A DNA stretch of 64,000 nt from Sediminibacterium sp. (GCA_040403885.1 JBBAJX010000008.1:13169-77168); one strand, 5' to 3'. Shown: positions 9,610 to 20,469, counted from the stretch's first letter. Translations and numbers: made by a program. The notes: a model not told the origin generated them from the sequence alone.

Positions 9610-10837
9610 ATGATTAAAAAATTCAGCATTGTAATTCTGATTAGTACATTATTTTTTATTGCACTTAGTTCTTGCAATAAAGAAAGTATATTACTCATTC
9701 AAAATGTTAACCAAAATTCTACAAATGAACTAAAATCATTTGTTAGTCAAGTAAAATTTTGGCATGATTCTGTTGTTAGTAATAAAGTAAAAGGCGTAAA
9801 CGTCGAAAATAATGTCAAATCATTTAGCCTAGGACCTGATGATATTTCACCAGCAGCAATTAATTGGGAACTAGCCTATAAGAATTTTGACTCTGCCAAT
9901 GTTGAAAGTTTAACAGTTCCTTTAAAATATAATATTTCGACAGGCGAAATAATACAATTAGATGCTACTTCAAAAAAAGATACAATAAATGGTTATTTAG
10001 TAAGACAGCTACCCGATAGTACATATTATGCTAACCATCCAAATATTTTAGATCTTAATGGATATACTGGAAGTACATTATTTATGACCTTATCGGACAT
10101 TGCTTAAAAATAATAAACTTTAGAAGTGGATCAGTATATTCTAATTCATCAAATCAATCAGAAATTCAAAGTATTCGAACAAATGGCGAGGCAGTTACTT
10201 CTATCAGCCCTTTTATTGCTTATGTTTATAATACGAGGAATTTAAGGCAATTAAATGATTTAAAAATTTTTCAGGTTTTGCAATTAGTCTTCAAAATCAA
10301 TTTTATAATGGAGTAAATTTTTATAATTTTAATGTCATTGTAGGAGGTGGTTCTATTTACAATAGCTCCATATTAGACCTAATTAAAATTCCTAATGGTT
10401 TTTGTGTATTTGGATCATTATCTTTTATAAGTTCTAGAATTGGCTTAGATGAAAATTCAGATTTTTATTTAAGTCAATGGGCGGCAAAAAAGGGTTTATC
10501 ATTAGAAAGTATGAGGAATAGTATTGGCGAAAATTCAAATAATTGGCCATCAGCAGCAGATGCAATAGGTTTATTAAAATCAAATTTTGATGTAACACCC
10601 ATTAATAAGGAAGATATTGAAACTACTGCAAAATTATCCCCTATTTTTACAATAATTAATTGGGGTGATGGAACTGGACATGCTGTTGTTATAGGATGGA
10701 ATAATACTTTAAATACATTATATTATTATGACCCAACTGGAGATATCAAAGAAGTAAATTTTAATTCAAATTCAAATATTTCTTCTAATATGAAATTATT
10801 TTATAGAGTAAATGGAATAAGTCAAAGCAATGAATAA
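9610..10837 (+). pseudogene. Frameshifted lipoprotein (about 409 aa when restored) with a C-terminal papain-like/C39-like Cys peptidase domain
   Basis: Lipobox LSS-C22. Frame 1 runs 9610-10107, frame 3 is open 10059-10316 and frame 2 is open 10259-10837. 1228 nt + 2 = 410 codons. Putative triad: Cys GFCVFG (10403-10405), His GHAVVIG (10679-10681), Asp YYDP (10730-10732). Confidence 0.8.
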
Positions 10838-10852
10838 TACAAATAAGATAAA

Positions 10853-11467
10853 ATGAAAATAATATACTTAATTTCCTTTTTATTAATTAATTCCACATTG
10901 ATTGGTCAGGTAAAAAATGACTCTACCACTTTTGAATACCTTTGTGAGAATAAATATAAGGTTGACTTTGAAATTAGTGATAAATATATTAAATATAATC
11001 ATCATCGTGCTTTTATACCAACATATACTGTATGGTCTTGTATGCCTTTTTACTTTAGCGAGGCTTTAGTAAATAAAATAAATAAAAAAAAATATATAAT
11101 TTATTTTGAATTTGATATTAGTGCAAGTGATCCTGGTGATTATATAAAAAATAATGTCAATCCAAATTATGATAAAAATAAAAATTACCTAGCAGGTCGA
11201 AGATGTCAAATAGAAAGAGATCAAGGGCTAATTAAAGTATTTACAAATTCTGATTTTAATAAATTTAATGCGGATACAATTTTATGCATACGTCCAGATA
11301 GCAATTCTATTAGAAAAAATGATCCTGATTTTAATAATTTCTTATATATTATTATGCATAAAGAGAATATTGGGGATATAATTGTTGGCTTTGCTTATAA
11401 AAAGGAATATGAAATTGAAGTTATGGATGAAATTAAAAACTTATATAAGTTAATTAAATTCAAATAG
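10853..11467 (+). CDS. Hypothetical exported protein (signal peptide), partner of the upstream lipoprotein
   Basis: 204 aa; N-terminus MKIIYLISFLLINSTLIG-Q is SPI-like; starts 15 nt after the upstream stop; same low GC; no family recognised. Confidence 0.75.
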   Translation: MKIIYLISFLLINSTLIGQVKNDSTTFEYLCENKYKVDFEISDKYIKYNHHRAFIPTYTVWSCMPFYFSEALVNKINKKKYIIYFEFDISASDPGDYIKNNVNPNYDKNKNYLAGRRCQIERDQGLIKVFTNSDFNKFNADTILCIRPDSNSIRKNDPDFNNFLYIIMHKENIGDIIVGFAYKKEYEIEVMDEIKNLYKLIKFK

Positions 11468-11495
11468 TCAAAGTAGTGAAGTTGAAAATTCTATA

Positions 11496-12536
11496 TTATC
11501 TAAACAATTCTGGATTATTGGTGGCATGTCCTGAAGGGGGCTTCTTGCCTAAGTGTTTATAGGCCTTCTGTGTAACTTCTCTGCCTCTAGGGGTTCTTTG
11601 TAAAAAACCTTCTTGTATTAAGAATGGCTCGTATACTTCTTCAATGGTGCCCGACTCCTCGCCTACTGCAGTTGCAATGGTACTAATACCTACAGGCCCT
11701 CCTTTAAATTTTTCAATAATGGCAAGTAATATTCTATTATCCATTTCATCTAGTCCATGTTCATCTACATTCAATGCTTTTAGTGCATGTTGTGTAATAC
11801 CTATATCTACAATACCATCATTTAATACTTGTGCAAAATCGCGTACACGTCTAAGTAATCCATTGGCAATTCTAGGTGTGCCTCTACTTCTTCTAGAAAT
11901 TTCTCCTGCAGCTGCTGAATTTATATTGACATTTAATATACCCGCACTTCTTACAATAATTTTTTCAATCACAGTGGCTGGATAATATTCCAAGCGAGAC
12001 TTAATGCCAAATCTTGAAAGTAGTGGCGCTGTTAATAAGCCACTTCTTGTAGTAGCCCCCACTAAAGTGAAGGGATTTAAATTAATTTGAATACTTCTTG
12101 CATTGGGACCACTATCAATCATGATATCTATCTTATAGTCCTCCATGGCCGCATATAAATACTCTTCTACCACCGTACTTAAGCGGTGTATCTCGTCAAT
12201 AAATAAAACATCATTGGGTTCAAGGCTTGTTAAAAGTCCTGCTAAGTCACTTGGTTTTTCAATCACAGGTCCTGAGGTTTCTTTTATTTGTACACCCATT
12301 TCATTGGCCACAATTCTACTTAAAGTAGTTTTTCCTAAACCTGGAGGGCCGTGAAATAAAATATGATCCAAGGCTTCACCGCGCATCTTGGCAGCCTTAA
12401 TAAAAATGCTAATATTTTCAATAAGCTGTGGCTGTCCCGCAAAGGCTTCCATTTCTCTGGGACGAATACTATTTTCAAACTCTTTGTCTAAAGAGTTGAT
12501 TTCATTATTCGTATTATCTAAAGGTGAATTTGACAT
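11496..12536 (-). CDS. ruvB: Holliday junction branch migration helicase RuvB
   Basis: [42 protein letters not shown]. Confidence 0.98.
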   Translation of the reverse strand: MSNSPLDNTNNEINSLDKEFENSIRPREMEAFAGQPQLIENISIFIKAAKMRGEALDHILFHGPPGLGKTTLSRIVANEMGVQIKETSGPVIEKPSDLAGLLTSLEPNDVLFIDEIHRLSTVVEEYLYAAMEDYKIDIMIDSGPNARSIQINLNPFTLVGATTRSGLLTAPLLSRFGIKSRLEYYPATVIEKIIVRSAGILNVNINSAAAGEISRRSRGTPRIANGLLRRVRDFAQVLNDGIVDIGITQHALKALNVDEHGLDEMDNRILLAIIEKFKGGPVGISTIATAVGEESGTIEEVYEPFLIQEGFLQRTPRGREVTQKAYKHLGKKPPSGHATNNPELFR

Positions 12537-12552
12537 GCTTATTTTTAAACTA

Positions 12553-15303
12553 TTAAATTACAATATTGACCATCTTCCCTTTTACAAATATGAGCTTTTT
12601 AATAGGTTTATCCTCCACCCATTTTTTAACCACCTCGTTGTCTAGAACAATAGCACGCACTTCCTCTTCACTGGCATCTAGGGTAATAAGAATATTAGCT
12701 CTTAATTTCCCGTTAATGCTAATAGGATACTCTTTCGCTGTCTCCATTACATACTGTGCATCAAAAACTGGATAAGCAGCGTCTACCACTAAGCCTTCCA
12801 TGCCTAATACCTGCCATAACTCTTCTGCAAAATGTGGCGCATAGGGCGTTAACAAAATTACTAATTGAGAGAGAATTTCTTTTTTATGACAATTCAAGTC
12901 GGCTAGTTCATTCACGCAAATCATAAAGCTACTAACGGCTGTATTAAAACTAAAACGCTCTGTATCTTCTTCAATTTTTTTAATGGCCTTATGTAGTACT
13001 TTTAATTCCGCAGCTGTTGGCTTCTCATCCACCCAAACCTTTCCTATTAGCTCATCAAAAAATAAACGCCAGCATTTTTTTAAAAAACGATGTACCCCTT
13101 CAATCCCTTTTGTATCCCATGGTTTACTTTGCTCCACCGGACCTAAAAACATTTCATACATTCTAAAAGTATCGGCGCCATATTTTTCTACTAAGTCATC
13201 TGGGTTCACTGTATTAAATTTCGACTTAGACATTTTTTCTACCTCTACCCCGCATATATATTTTCCGTCTTCTAAAATAAATTCAGCTTGGGCATAATCG
13301 GGCTTCCATTTTTTAAAGGCTTCTGTATCTAGTTCAAGGCCGTCTACTATATTTACATCTACATGCAGGGCGTCCACTTCATGCGCATGCTTTAATCCAC
13401 TTGATACAAATTTTTGCGTACCTCTTATTCTATAGACAAATCGAGAACTACCTTGTATCATCCCCTGATTTAATAATTTCTTAAAGGGTTCATCAAAACC
13501 AATATGGCCTAAATCAAATAAAACCTTGGTCCACATTCTACTATAGAGTAAATGTCCTACAGCATGTTCTGTTCCTCCAATGTAAAGGTCTACCTGTCCC
13601 CAATAATCACTTGCTTTTCTACTACAGAACTCGGTATCATTGGAAGTATTCATATACCTTAAAAAATACCAACTGCTACCTGCAAAGCCAGGCATGGTAT
13701 TGGTTTCATAATTTTCTGCTTTCCATGCAGCAATATTTGCCAAGGGGCCTTCTCCTTCTGGACCTGGTGAATAATTATCAACGGTGGGTAATAATAAAGG
13801 AAGTTCTTTTTCTGCTAAAGGATAAGCTACTCCGTCTTTCCATTTAATAGGAAATGGCTCGCCCCAATAACGTTGTCTACTAAAAGCGGCATCGCGCATT
13901 CTATAGTTAATCTTCAACTTGCCAATACCCATGGCCTCTAATTTTTGAGTCACAATAGCAATAGCCTTTTTTTGAACCATTCCATTTAGAAAATCGCTAT
14001 TAGATAAAATACCTTCTTTAGTCGGGTTCGCTTCCTCTCCATTAAACGCGGCTCCAATAATATTGGTAATGGGTATATTAAAATGTTGTGCAAATTTAAA
14101 ATCACGGTCATCTCCACAAGGCACAGCCATAATAGCTCCCGTACCATAACCTGCTAATACATATTCTGAAATCCAAACAGGAATTAATGCATTATTAAAA
14201 GGGTTAGTCACATAAGCACCTGTAAAACATCCTGTAATTTTTTTCTCCGAAATACGCTCTCTCTCACTTCTACTTTTTACATACCCAATATATTCAGCAA
14301 CGGCTGCTTTATGGGTAGTGGGTATAATGGTTTCAATTAGTGCATGTTCAGGCGCTACTACCATAAAGTCCACCCCAAAAATGGTATCTGGTCTTGTGGT
14401 GTATACTTTTAAACTGCCTGCATGTCCCTGTATGGCAAAATCAATTTCAGCACCTTCACTTCTTCCAATCCAATTGGATTGCATTTCTTTCATGGCTTCG
14501 CTAAACTGAATGGTCTCTAGCCCCGACAGTAGCCTATCTGCATATTCCGTAATTCTTAAATACCATTGACGTAATTTCTTTTTCTCTACAGGATGTCCTC
14601 CTCTTTCACTAAATCCATTAGTGACCTCATCATTGGCAAGCACGGTTCCTAAGGCGGCACACCAATTCACTTCGCCATAACCACAAAAAGCCAAACGGTA
14701 TTGCATTAAAATAGCTTGCTTTTCTTTTTCCGAATACCCTTTCCAATCATTACCAGTAAAATTTAAAGCAGCATCGCCTGGGCAACTATGATTTGCATTG
14801 CCTTGCTTACCAAAAGCGGCTTCTAGTATGGCAATGGGCATTGCTTTGGCTGCATCTTTATCAAAATAGCTATTAAATAATTGTAAAAAAATCCACTGCG
14901 TCCATTTATAATAACTAGCATCACAAGTTTTTACTTCTCTATCCCAGTCAAAACAAAAACCAATATTATCTAATTGCTTTCTGAAATTATTAATATTATC
15001 ATAAGTGCTTTTAGTAGGATGCACACCATGTTCAATTGCGTATTGCTCGGCAGGTAATCCAAAGGCATCATAACCCATGGGATGTAAAACATTAAAACCT
15101 TTTAGTCTTTTATACCTGCTATAAATATCTGAAGCAATATAACCAAGAGGATGACCAACATGCAAACCCGCACCACTTGGATAAGGAAACATATCCAACA
15201 CATAAGCCTTAGGTTTCGAAGATTCATTACTTACCTTGTACGCCTTTTTTTCCTGCCAAATAGTTTGCCACTTTTTTTCAATGGCCCTAAATTGATACTC
15301 CAT
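12553..15303 (-). CDS. leuS: Leucine--tRNA ligase
   Basis: [14 protein letters not shown] (HIGH motif), KMSKS, editing-domain [11 protein letters not shown]. Confidence 0.98.
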   Translation of the reverse strand: MEYQFRAIEKKWQTIWQEKKAYKVSNESSKPKAYVLDMFPYPSGAGLHVGHPLGYIASDIYSRYKRLKGFNVLHPMGYDAFGLPAEQYAIEHGVHPTKSTYDNINNFRKQLDNIGFCFDWDREVKTCDASYYKWTQWIFLQLFNSYFDKDAAKAMPIAILEAAFGKQGNANHSCPGDAALNFTGNDWKGYSEKEKQAILMQYRLAFCGYGEVNWCAALGTVLANDEVTNGFSERGGHPVEKKKLRQWYLRITEYADRLLSGLETIQFSEAMKEMQSNWIGRSEGAEIDFAIQGHAGSLKVYTTRPDTIFGVDFMVVAPEHALIETIIPTTHKAAVAEYIGYVKSRSERERISEKKITGCFTGAYVTNPFNNALIPVWISEYVLAGYGTGAIMAVPCGDDRDFKFAQHFNIPITNIIGAAFNGEEANPTKEGILSNSDFLNGMVQKKAIAIVTQKLEAMGIGKLKINYRMRDAAFSRQRYWGEPFPIKWKDGVAYPLAEKELPLLLPTVDNYSPGPEGEGPLANIAAWKAENYETNTMPGFAGSSWYFLRYMNTSNDTEFCSRKASDYWGQVDLYIGGTEHAVGHLLYSRMWTKVLFDLGHIGFDEPFKKLLNQGMIQGSSRFVYRIRGTQKFVSSGLKHAHEVDALHVDVNIVDGLELDTEAFKKWKPDYAQAEFILEDGKYICGVEVEKMSKSKFNTVNPDDLVEKYGADTFRMYEMFLGPVEQSKPWDTKGIEGVHRFLKKCWRLFFDELIGKVWVDEKPTAAELKVLHKAIKKIEEDTERFSFNTAVSSFMICVNELADLNCHKKEILSQLVILLTPYAPHFAEELWQVLGMEGLVVDAAYPVFDAQYVMETAKEYPISINGKLRANILITLDASEEEVRAIVLDNEVVKKWVEDKPIKKLIFVKGKMVNIVI

Positions 15304-15403
15304 TTCTTAATTTTCTTTATAAAAGCTTGGAAAACTAACAATTCTTTAACCAAATTTTGGGCCGACCCCATAATGAGTAAAAAATGTCCGAATTCACCCT
15401 CTG

Positions 15404-15440
15404 CAAATGTAAGCCATTAGCGTTCAAAACCCTACATTTG
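15404..15440. promoter_or_regulatory. Back-to-back identical -7 promoter elements for leuS (-) and ftsX (+)
   Basis: TACATTTG on + at 15433-15440 and on - at 15411-15404; together they form a 10-bp inverted repeat TGCAAATGTA / TACATTTGCA. Confidence 0.7.
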
Positions 15441-15468
15441 CAAAGCGAACAAACAAAATTTTAAGGCT

Positions 15469-16344
15469 ATGGCTTCTTCCGGAACATCGGCGCTGAAACG
15501 CAGTAAACCCAACTATATTTATAGTATTGTAGGGGTGGCCATTGTTTTATTTATTATGGGCATTATGGGCTGGTTATTTTTAAACCTTCAGTCTATTGGG
15601 GACAGCTTCAAAGAGGATATTCGTATTAGTGTTTATGTGAGAACCGCTGACAAAAATATAGTGGGTAACATTCAGCAATTTATAGCAAGTCAGCCCTATG
15701 CCAAAAATGTAGAATACATTAATAAAGAAAAAGCGAAGGCTATTTGGAATAAAGAAAATAATGAAGACTGGGCGAAAATTTTAGAGGCTAATCCGCTTCC
15801 AGAAAGTGTTGACTTTTATGCGAAAGCCGATTATGTAAATACAGATAGCTTAACTAAAATTACAGCCGCTATTAAAAATTCGTTTAGCAAAGATGTTGCC
15901 GATATTCAATATCCTAAAAACTTAGTAACTAACTTAAATGAAAGGGCTACTAAAATTGGGGTCATATTTTTAGTCATGTCCATTATACTTTGTATTATTG
16001 TTATTATTAGTATCGATAATACCATTCGCTTAGCCATGTATAGCAATCGCTTTTTAATTAAGACCATGCAAATGGTGGGTGCTACGCGTAATTTTATTTC
16101 TAAGCCTTTATTAATTCGCGCTTTATTAAATGGTTTGATTAGCGCTTTTGTAGCCATCTTTCTTTTATTTGGATTAATTGAATGGGCCACCATGCAGTTT
16201 CCTCAAATAGGCATGTTGCAAGGTATTAGTAATAGTTTAATTTTATTTGGAGGCCTTATCCTACTGGGTGTGGGCATTTCGGTATTGAGTACTTACCGCA
16301 GCGTTTTGAAATATTTAAAAATGAAATTGGACGAATTATATTAA
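15469..16344 (+). CDS. ftsX: Cell division permease FtsX
   Basis: NPLPES, IDNTIRLAMY...IKTMQMVGAT..FI.KP; four TM segments. Confidence 0.93.
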   Translation: MASSGTSALKRSKPNYIYSIVGVAIVLFIMGIMGWLFLNLQSIGDSFKEDIRISVYVRTADKNIVGNIQQFIASQPYAKNVEYINKEKAKAIWNKENNEDWAKILEANPLPESVDFYAKADYVNTDSLTKITAAIKNSFSKDVADIQYPKNLVTNLNERATKIGVIFLVMSIILCIIVIISIDNTIRLAMYSNRFLIKTMQMVGATRNFISKPLLIRALLNGLISAFVAIFLLFGLIEWATMQFPQIGMLQGISNSLILFGGLILLGVGISVLSTYRSVLKYLKMKLDELY

Positions 16345-16372
16345 TTGTACCCAAACTTTTACAAAAAATTTA

Positions 16373-16633
16373 TTGAAAATAAAACTTGAAACCATGAGTC
16401 AGAAAGAAAAAACTAAATCACTTGATTTTTTTGGAAAATCTAATTATACATGGATGCTTATCGGAGCAGCCTTAATCGTGCTAGGTATGTTCTTAATGTC
16501 TGGTGGTAAAAGTGCCGACCCCAATGTATTCAATGAATCGGAAGTGTACAGCTTTAGACGCATTACCCTAGCCCCTATTGTGGTCATTGCAGGTTTTGTT
16601 GTAGAGATATATGCAATTTTCAAAAAATCATAA
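16373..16633 (+). CDS. DUF3098-like small membrane protein; likely start ATG 16394
   Basis: FGKSNY, MSGGKS.DP.VF, RRITLAP; lies between ftsX and uppP as is usual in Bacteroidota. Confidence 0.8.
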   Translation: MKIKLETMSQKEKTKSLDFFGKSNYTWMLIGAALIVLGMFLMSGGKSADPNVFNESEVYSFRRITLAPIVVIAGFVVEIYAIFKKS

Positions 16634-16635
16634 GA

Positions 16636-17460
16636 ATGAACACTTTACAATCCGTTATCATAGCCATTATTGAGGGCATTACCGAGTTCTTGCCAGTATC
16701 CAGCACGGCCCATATGAAATTTGCCAATCCTTTTTTAGGCATTGAAAGCAGCCCCTTTGTAGACTTATTTGAAATAGTGATTCAACTAGCAGCCATTGCA
16801 TCGGTGGTAGTTATCTACAGAAAAAAGTTTTTTGATTTTAAACATACTAGTTTTTACATAAAATTAATAATTGCCGTTATACCTGCTTTAATTTTCGGCG
16901 CTGTCTTGAAAAAATATATCGATGCTGCTTTAGGTAATTTATGGTCAATTGCTATTGTGATGGTAGCAGGCGGTGTATTACTATTATTCATTGATAGGTT
17001 TTTTGCAAAAGCAGAAGCTTCAAAAAATCAAACCTCAGATCTAATATCCGATCAAGAAGAAGTCACCTATAAAAAATCTTTTATCATTGGTTGTTTTCAA
17101 GTATTATCTATTTTATTTCCAGGACTTAGCAGAAGTGCTGCTACCATCATTGGTGGAATGAGTCAGCAATTAAATAAAAAAACAGCTTTAGAATTTTCTT
17201 TTTTCTTAGCAGTGCCTACCATGTTGGCCGCTTCTGCTAAAAGTACTTTAGATGTTTATAAAACTAATCCGCAAGTTTTTGGAAAGGACAACCTCATTAC
17301 ATTATTCATTGGTGCAGTAGTAGCATTCGTGGTGGCTCTAATAAGTGTGCAATTTTTCATGCGCATTGTACAAAAAAGAGGCTTTGCTCCTTTTGGCTGG
17401 TACCGTATTGTACTAGGGCTGAGCATCTTAGGGCTTTTATACACCCATTATCTTAACTAA
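16636..17460 (+). CDS. uppP: Undecaprenyl-diphosphate phosphatase
   Basis: IIEGITEFLPVSSTAH, PGLSRSAATI, EFSFFLAVP. Confidence 0.96.
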   Translation: MNTLQSVIIAIIEGITEFLPVSSTAHMKFANPFLGIESSPFVDLFEIVIQLAAIASVVVIYRKKFFDFKHTSFYIKLIIAVIPALIFGAVLKKYIDAALGNLWSIAIVMVAGGVLLLFIDRFFAKAEASKNQTSDLISDQEEVTYKKSFIIGCFQVLSILFPGLSRSAATIIGGMSQQLNKKTALEFSFFLAVPTMLAASAKSTLDVYKTNPQVFGKDNLITLFIGAVVAFVVALISVQFFMRIVQKRGFAPFGWYRIVLGLSILGLLYTHYLN

Positions 17461-17514
17461 ATATCCCCTATAGGAGAGTTGCATAATTATTAGTATTTTT
17501 AAAACACTAAATAA

Positions 17515-18828
17515 TTGCTAATGCAAACAGCTTCTAAAAAAGTAGTGAACGGTTGGGCCATGTATGACTGGGCCAATAGTGTATATAACCTTGTGATTAC
17601 TTCAACTATATTCCCTGCTTATTACGAAGCAGTCACTGGAGATGGCAATGAAAATACTTTAATTGATAAAATTAAAATAGGCCCTTACGAATTTTCTAAT
17701 ACTGCACTGTATAATTATGTATTAGGTATTGCTTTTGTAATTGTAGCCATTCTCTCTCCTATTCTTTCTTCTATTGCCGATTACAGAGGCAATAAAAAAC
17801 AATTCCTTCGTTTCTTTTGCACCATGGGTAGTTTAGCCTGCGCTTCTTTATACTTTTTTGATAGCAATCATATTATGGGTGGTTTATTTTCTGTGATTAT
17901 TGCCTGTGTGGGTTTTTGGGCCAGTTTAGTTTTTTATAACTCTTATTTGCCAGAAATTGCAGCACCCGCAGACCGTGACCGTATTAGCGCCAGAGGTTTT
18001 ATGATGGGCTATATTGGATCGGTACTCTTACAACTTATTTGTTTTGTTTTTGTATTAAAGCCTGAACTATTTGGTATTACAGTGGGCAAGGCTTCTCAAA
18101 TTTCATTTTTACTAGTAGGTATATGGTGGATAGTTTTTGGATGGTTGTCTATTTCAAGACTTCCAGAAGGTAAAGGTGCGAAAGGTATACATACAAAAAA
18201 CTTAATCACCCAAGGTTACAAAGAGTTGCATAAAGTATGGATTGAATTAAAAACATTACCCGTACTTAAAAGATTTCTTCTTTCATTTTTCTTTTATAAT
18301 ATGGGTGTGCAAACTGTTATGTTAGCTGCCACCCTCTATGGAAAAAGTGAATTAAATATTCCTACCACTAATTTAATCTTAGCTATATTAATTATACAAA
18401 TTGTAGCCATACCAGGTGCGCATTTAATGGCAAAACTTGCAAGTAAATGGGGCAATTTTAATACTATTATGATGGCCATTGTTATTTGGATTGGAGGTTG
18501 TATCATGGGCTATTATTTACCAAGAAATGCGGTAGTTCCTTTTTATACCCTAGCCGTGGTGGTGGGCTTTGTAATGGGCGGTATTCAGTCGGTGAGTAGA
18601 AGTACCTATTCCAAATTAATGCCTGAGACAAATGATACCACTAGTTATTTTAGCTTCTTTGATGTTACTGAAAAAGTTGCCATAGTCATTGGTATGTTTA
18701 GCTTTGGCTTTATTAATGAAATTACTGGATCACAAAGAAATTCGGTATTGGCCTTATGTATATTTTTTATCATCGGATTTATACTATTATACCGTACTTC
18801 AAAAATAAAAGGACATGCAGTTGTATAG
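17515..18828 (+). CDS. MFS transporter (UMF1/Atg22-like)
   Basis: WAMYDWANS, YNSYLPEIA, GGIQSVSRS; about 12 TM segments. Confidence 0.88.
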   Translation: MLMQTASKKVVNGWAMYDWANSVYNLVITSTIFPAYYEAVTGDGNENTLIDKIKIGPYEFSNTALYNYVLGIAFVIVAILSPILSSIADYRGNKKQFLRFFCTMGSLACASLYFFDSNHIMGGLFSVIIACVGFWASLVFYNSYLPEIAAPADRDRISARGFMMGYIGSVLLQLICFVFVLKPELFGITVGKASQISFLLVGIWWIVFGWLSISRLPEGKGAKGIHTKNLITQGYKELHKVWIELKTLPVLKRFLLSFFFYNMGVQTVMLAATLYGKSELNIPTTNLILAILIIQIVAIPGAHLMAKLASKWGNFNTIMMAIVIWIGGCIMGYYLPRNAVVPFYTLAVVVGFVMGGIQSVSRSTYSKLMPETNDTTSYFSFFDVTEKVAIVIGMFSFGFINEITGSQRNSVLALCIFFIIGFILLYRTSKIKGHAVV

Positions 18829-19681
18829 TGTAGAGACAGGTAAATTTAAATTAGATGGAGGTGCCATGTTCGGTGTAGTACCAAAATCTATTTGGAATAA
18901 AACCAATCCGGCAGATGAAAATAATTTATGTACTTGGGCCTTACGTTGTTTAGTCATTAAAGAAGGCGCTCGTACTATATTAATAGATACGGGCATGGGT
19001 GATAAACAAGATGCCAAATTTTTTAGTCATTATCAGCCTCATGAAACTATTACCTTAGCTGATGCACTTCAAAAAATAAATATAGCTATTGAGGATATCA
19101 CCGATGTATTATTAACGCATTTACATTTTGATCATGTAGGTGGCGCCATCACAAAATTGAATGATAAGTTGGTGACCAGTTTTCCGAATGCTACTTATTG
19201 GGTAAGTGAAACACAATGGAATTTAGCCTTGCATCCAAATAGAAGAGAAAAAGCTTCTTTTTTGACCGAGAACATTATGCCTATTAAAGAAAGTGGTCAG
19301 CTTAAATTAATAACACTACCTTCTTTTCAAACTAATACTAGTTTACAAGAAATTAAATTTACTGAAAGTATTAGCTGCTTGATAGTGCATGGGCATACAG
19401 AAGCTATGCTACTTCCTAAAATTAAAATGGGTAATGAAACTATTGTATATATGGCAGACCTACTGCCTTCCATAGGACATATACCTCTACCCTATGTAAT
19501 GGGTTATGATATGCAGCCTCTAATTACCTTAGAAGAAAAAGAAAAGTTTTTAACTATGGCGCTTAAGGAAAATTATATATTATTTTTTGAACACGACGCA
19601 GTGAATGAATGCTGCCGTTTAATAGAAACGGAGAAAGGAATTAGGGCGGGTGCTAGTTTTAGTTTAAAAGAAATAGTTTAA
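18815..19681 (+). CDS. MBL-fold metallo-hydrolase (YtnP-like)
   Basis: KLDGGAMFGVVPK, THLHFDHVGG, GHTEA, FEHD. Confidence 0.88.
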   Translation: MQLYSVETGKFKLDGGAMFGVVPKSIWNKTNPADENNLCTWALRCLVIKEGARTILIDTGMGDKQDAKFFSHYQPHETITLADALQKINIAIEDITDVLLTHLHFDHVGGAITKLNDKLVTSFPNATYWVSETQWNLALHPNRREKASFLTENIMPIKESGQLKLITLPSFQTNTSLQEIKFTESISCLIVHGHTEAMLLPKIKMGNETIVYMADLLPSIGHIPLPYVMGYDMQPLITLEEKEKFLTMALKENYILFFEHDAVNECCRLIETEKGIRAGASFSLKEIV

Positions 19682-20469
19682 TTATTCACAAGCTCAATTA
19701 AAGAACTTAGAGGATATCTAATATTTTGATAGCCCACCATATCTACTTTAATGCTTCCTACCACAATGGGTGTTTCAATACGAACAGGTATATGATTCTC
19801 ATCGTCAGTCACCCAAATAGTCATTTTTTCACCTCCTTCAAACATACTGCCTTTTAACAATAAGGGTGCTAATTTAATGACTTTAAATTTTCCATACTTA
19901 GTTGTAATCACTTCTCTGCCTAAATACTTAAAATAGGAAGGGTATAAACTTTTATCAAGGAAAAAATGAAGAGAAATTTTATCATTGATGACCAAATTTG
20001 AATAATTAAAATTCCTAGCAGCATAAATAGCACTTACCACATCAAAAGTGCATTCCGATGTTTTAAATACTTCTTCTTCGGTGCTAGCTGTTCTAGCTTT
20101 TTGATTAAACTTCACCATCTCATTTTTATGAAAAGAGCCTTCGTTTATTTGTCTTGTAAATTGATAAGGTAGTAAGGTTTTAGCGTCCACCACCGATTCG
20201 TACTTATCCCTTACTTTAAATATCCAATCATATTTTGAGTTAGATTTTCCTATAGCGGTAAATGTAAAAGCGTCATTATCATTAAAGCTAGTGGACTGCA
20301 CTGTAAAATCGGTTTTGCCCGCATTTACATAAAGCCCAATGACATTGTAATAAATAGTATAACTAATCTTCTCCCCTGCATTAAAGGCCGTATTATTTAA
20401 ATTACATAAACCTTTATCATTGCTTGGTAAAAAGGCGAAAAAAGAGAATAAAAGAAATAGAAAATGCAT
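19678..20469 (-). CDS. DUF3108-like exported protein
   Basis: Signal peptide; AFNAGEKISY, KVRDKYES, WVTDDENHIPV. Confidence 0.75.
   Translation of the reverse strand: MHFLFLLFSFFAFLPSNDKGLCNLNNTAFNAGEKISYTIYYNVIGLYVNAGKTDFTVQSTSFNDNDAFTFTAIGKSNSKYDWIFKVRDKYESVVDAKTLLPYQFTRQINEGSFHKNEMVKFNQKARTASTEEEVFKTSECTFDVVSAIYAARNFNYSNLVINDKISLHFFLDKSLYPSYFKYLGREVITTKYGKFKVIKLAPLLLKGSMFEGGEKMTIWVTDDENHIPVRIETPIVVGSIKVDMVGYQNIRYPLSSLIELVNN

Larger units (their letters stand above)
9350..11490. other. AT-rich accessory islet (two-gene cassette)
   Basis: Hand-counted 60-mers: 18% GC (9601-9660) and 22% (10861-10920), versus 32% (11881-11940) and 38% (12301-12360) in ruvB. Holds the only non-housekeeping genes in the window. 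Confidence 0.8.

Noticed and set aside
10059-10316. Programmed frameshifting or phase variation as the cause of the islet frameshifts
   Set aside because: Two successive shifts would be needed, the runs are only T3 and A5/T5, and I saw no stimulatory element.
9610-10837. Treating 9610-10107 and 10511-10837 as two independent genes
   Set aside because: The gap is fully covered by overlapping open frames, the catalytic Cys lies upstream of ATG 10511, and the lengths fit one gene with two 1-nt deletions.
15304-15400. About 95-nt leuS leader as a T-box or riboswitch
   Set aside because: Too short, no T-box (AAGGTGGTACC-like) or terminator/antiterminator pattern, only weak pairing.
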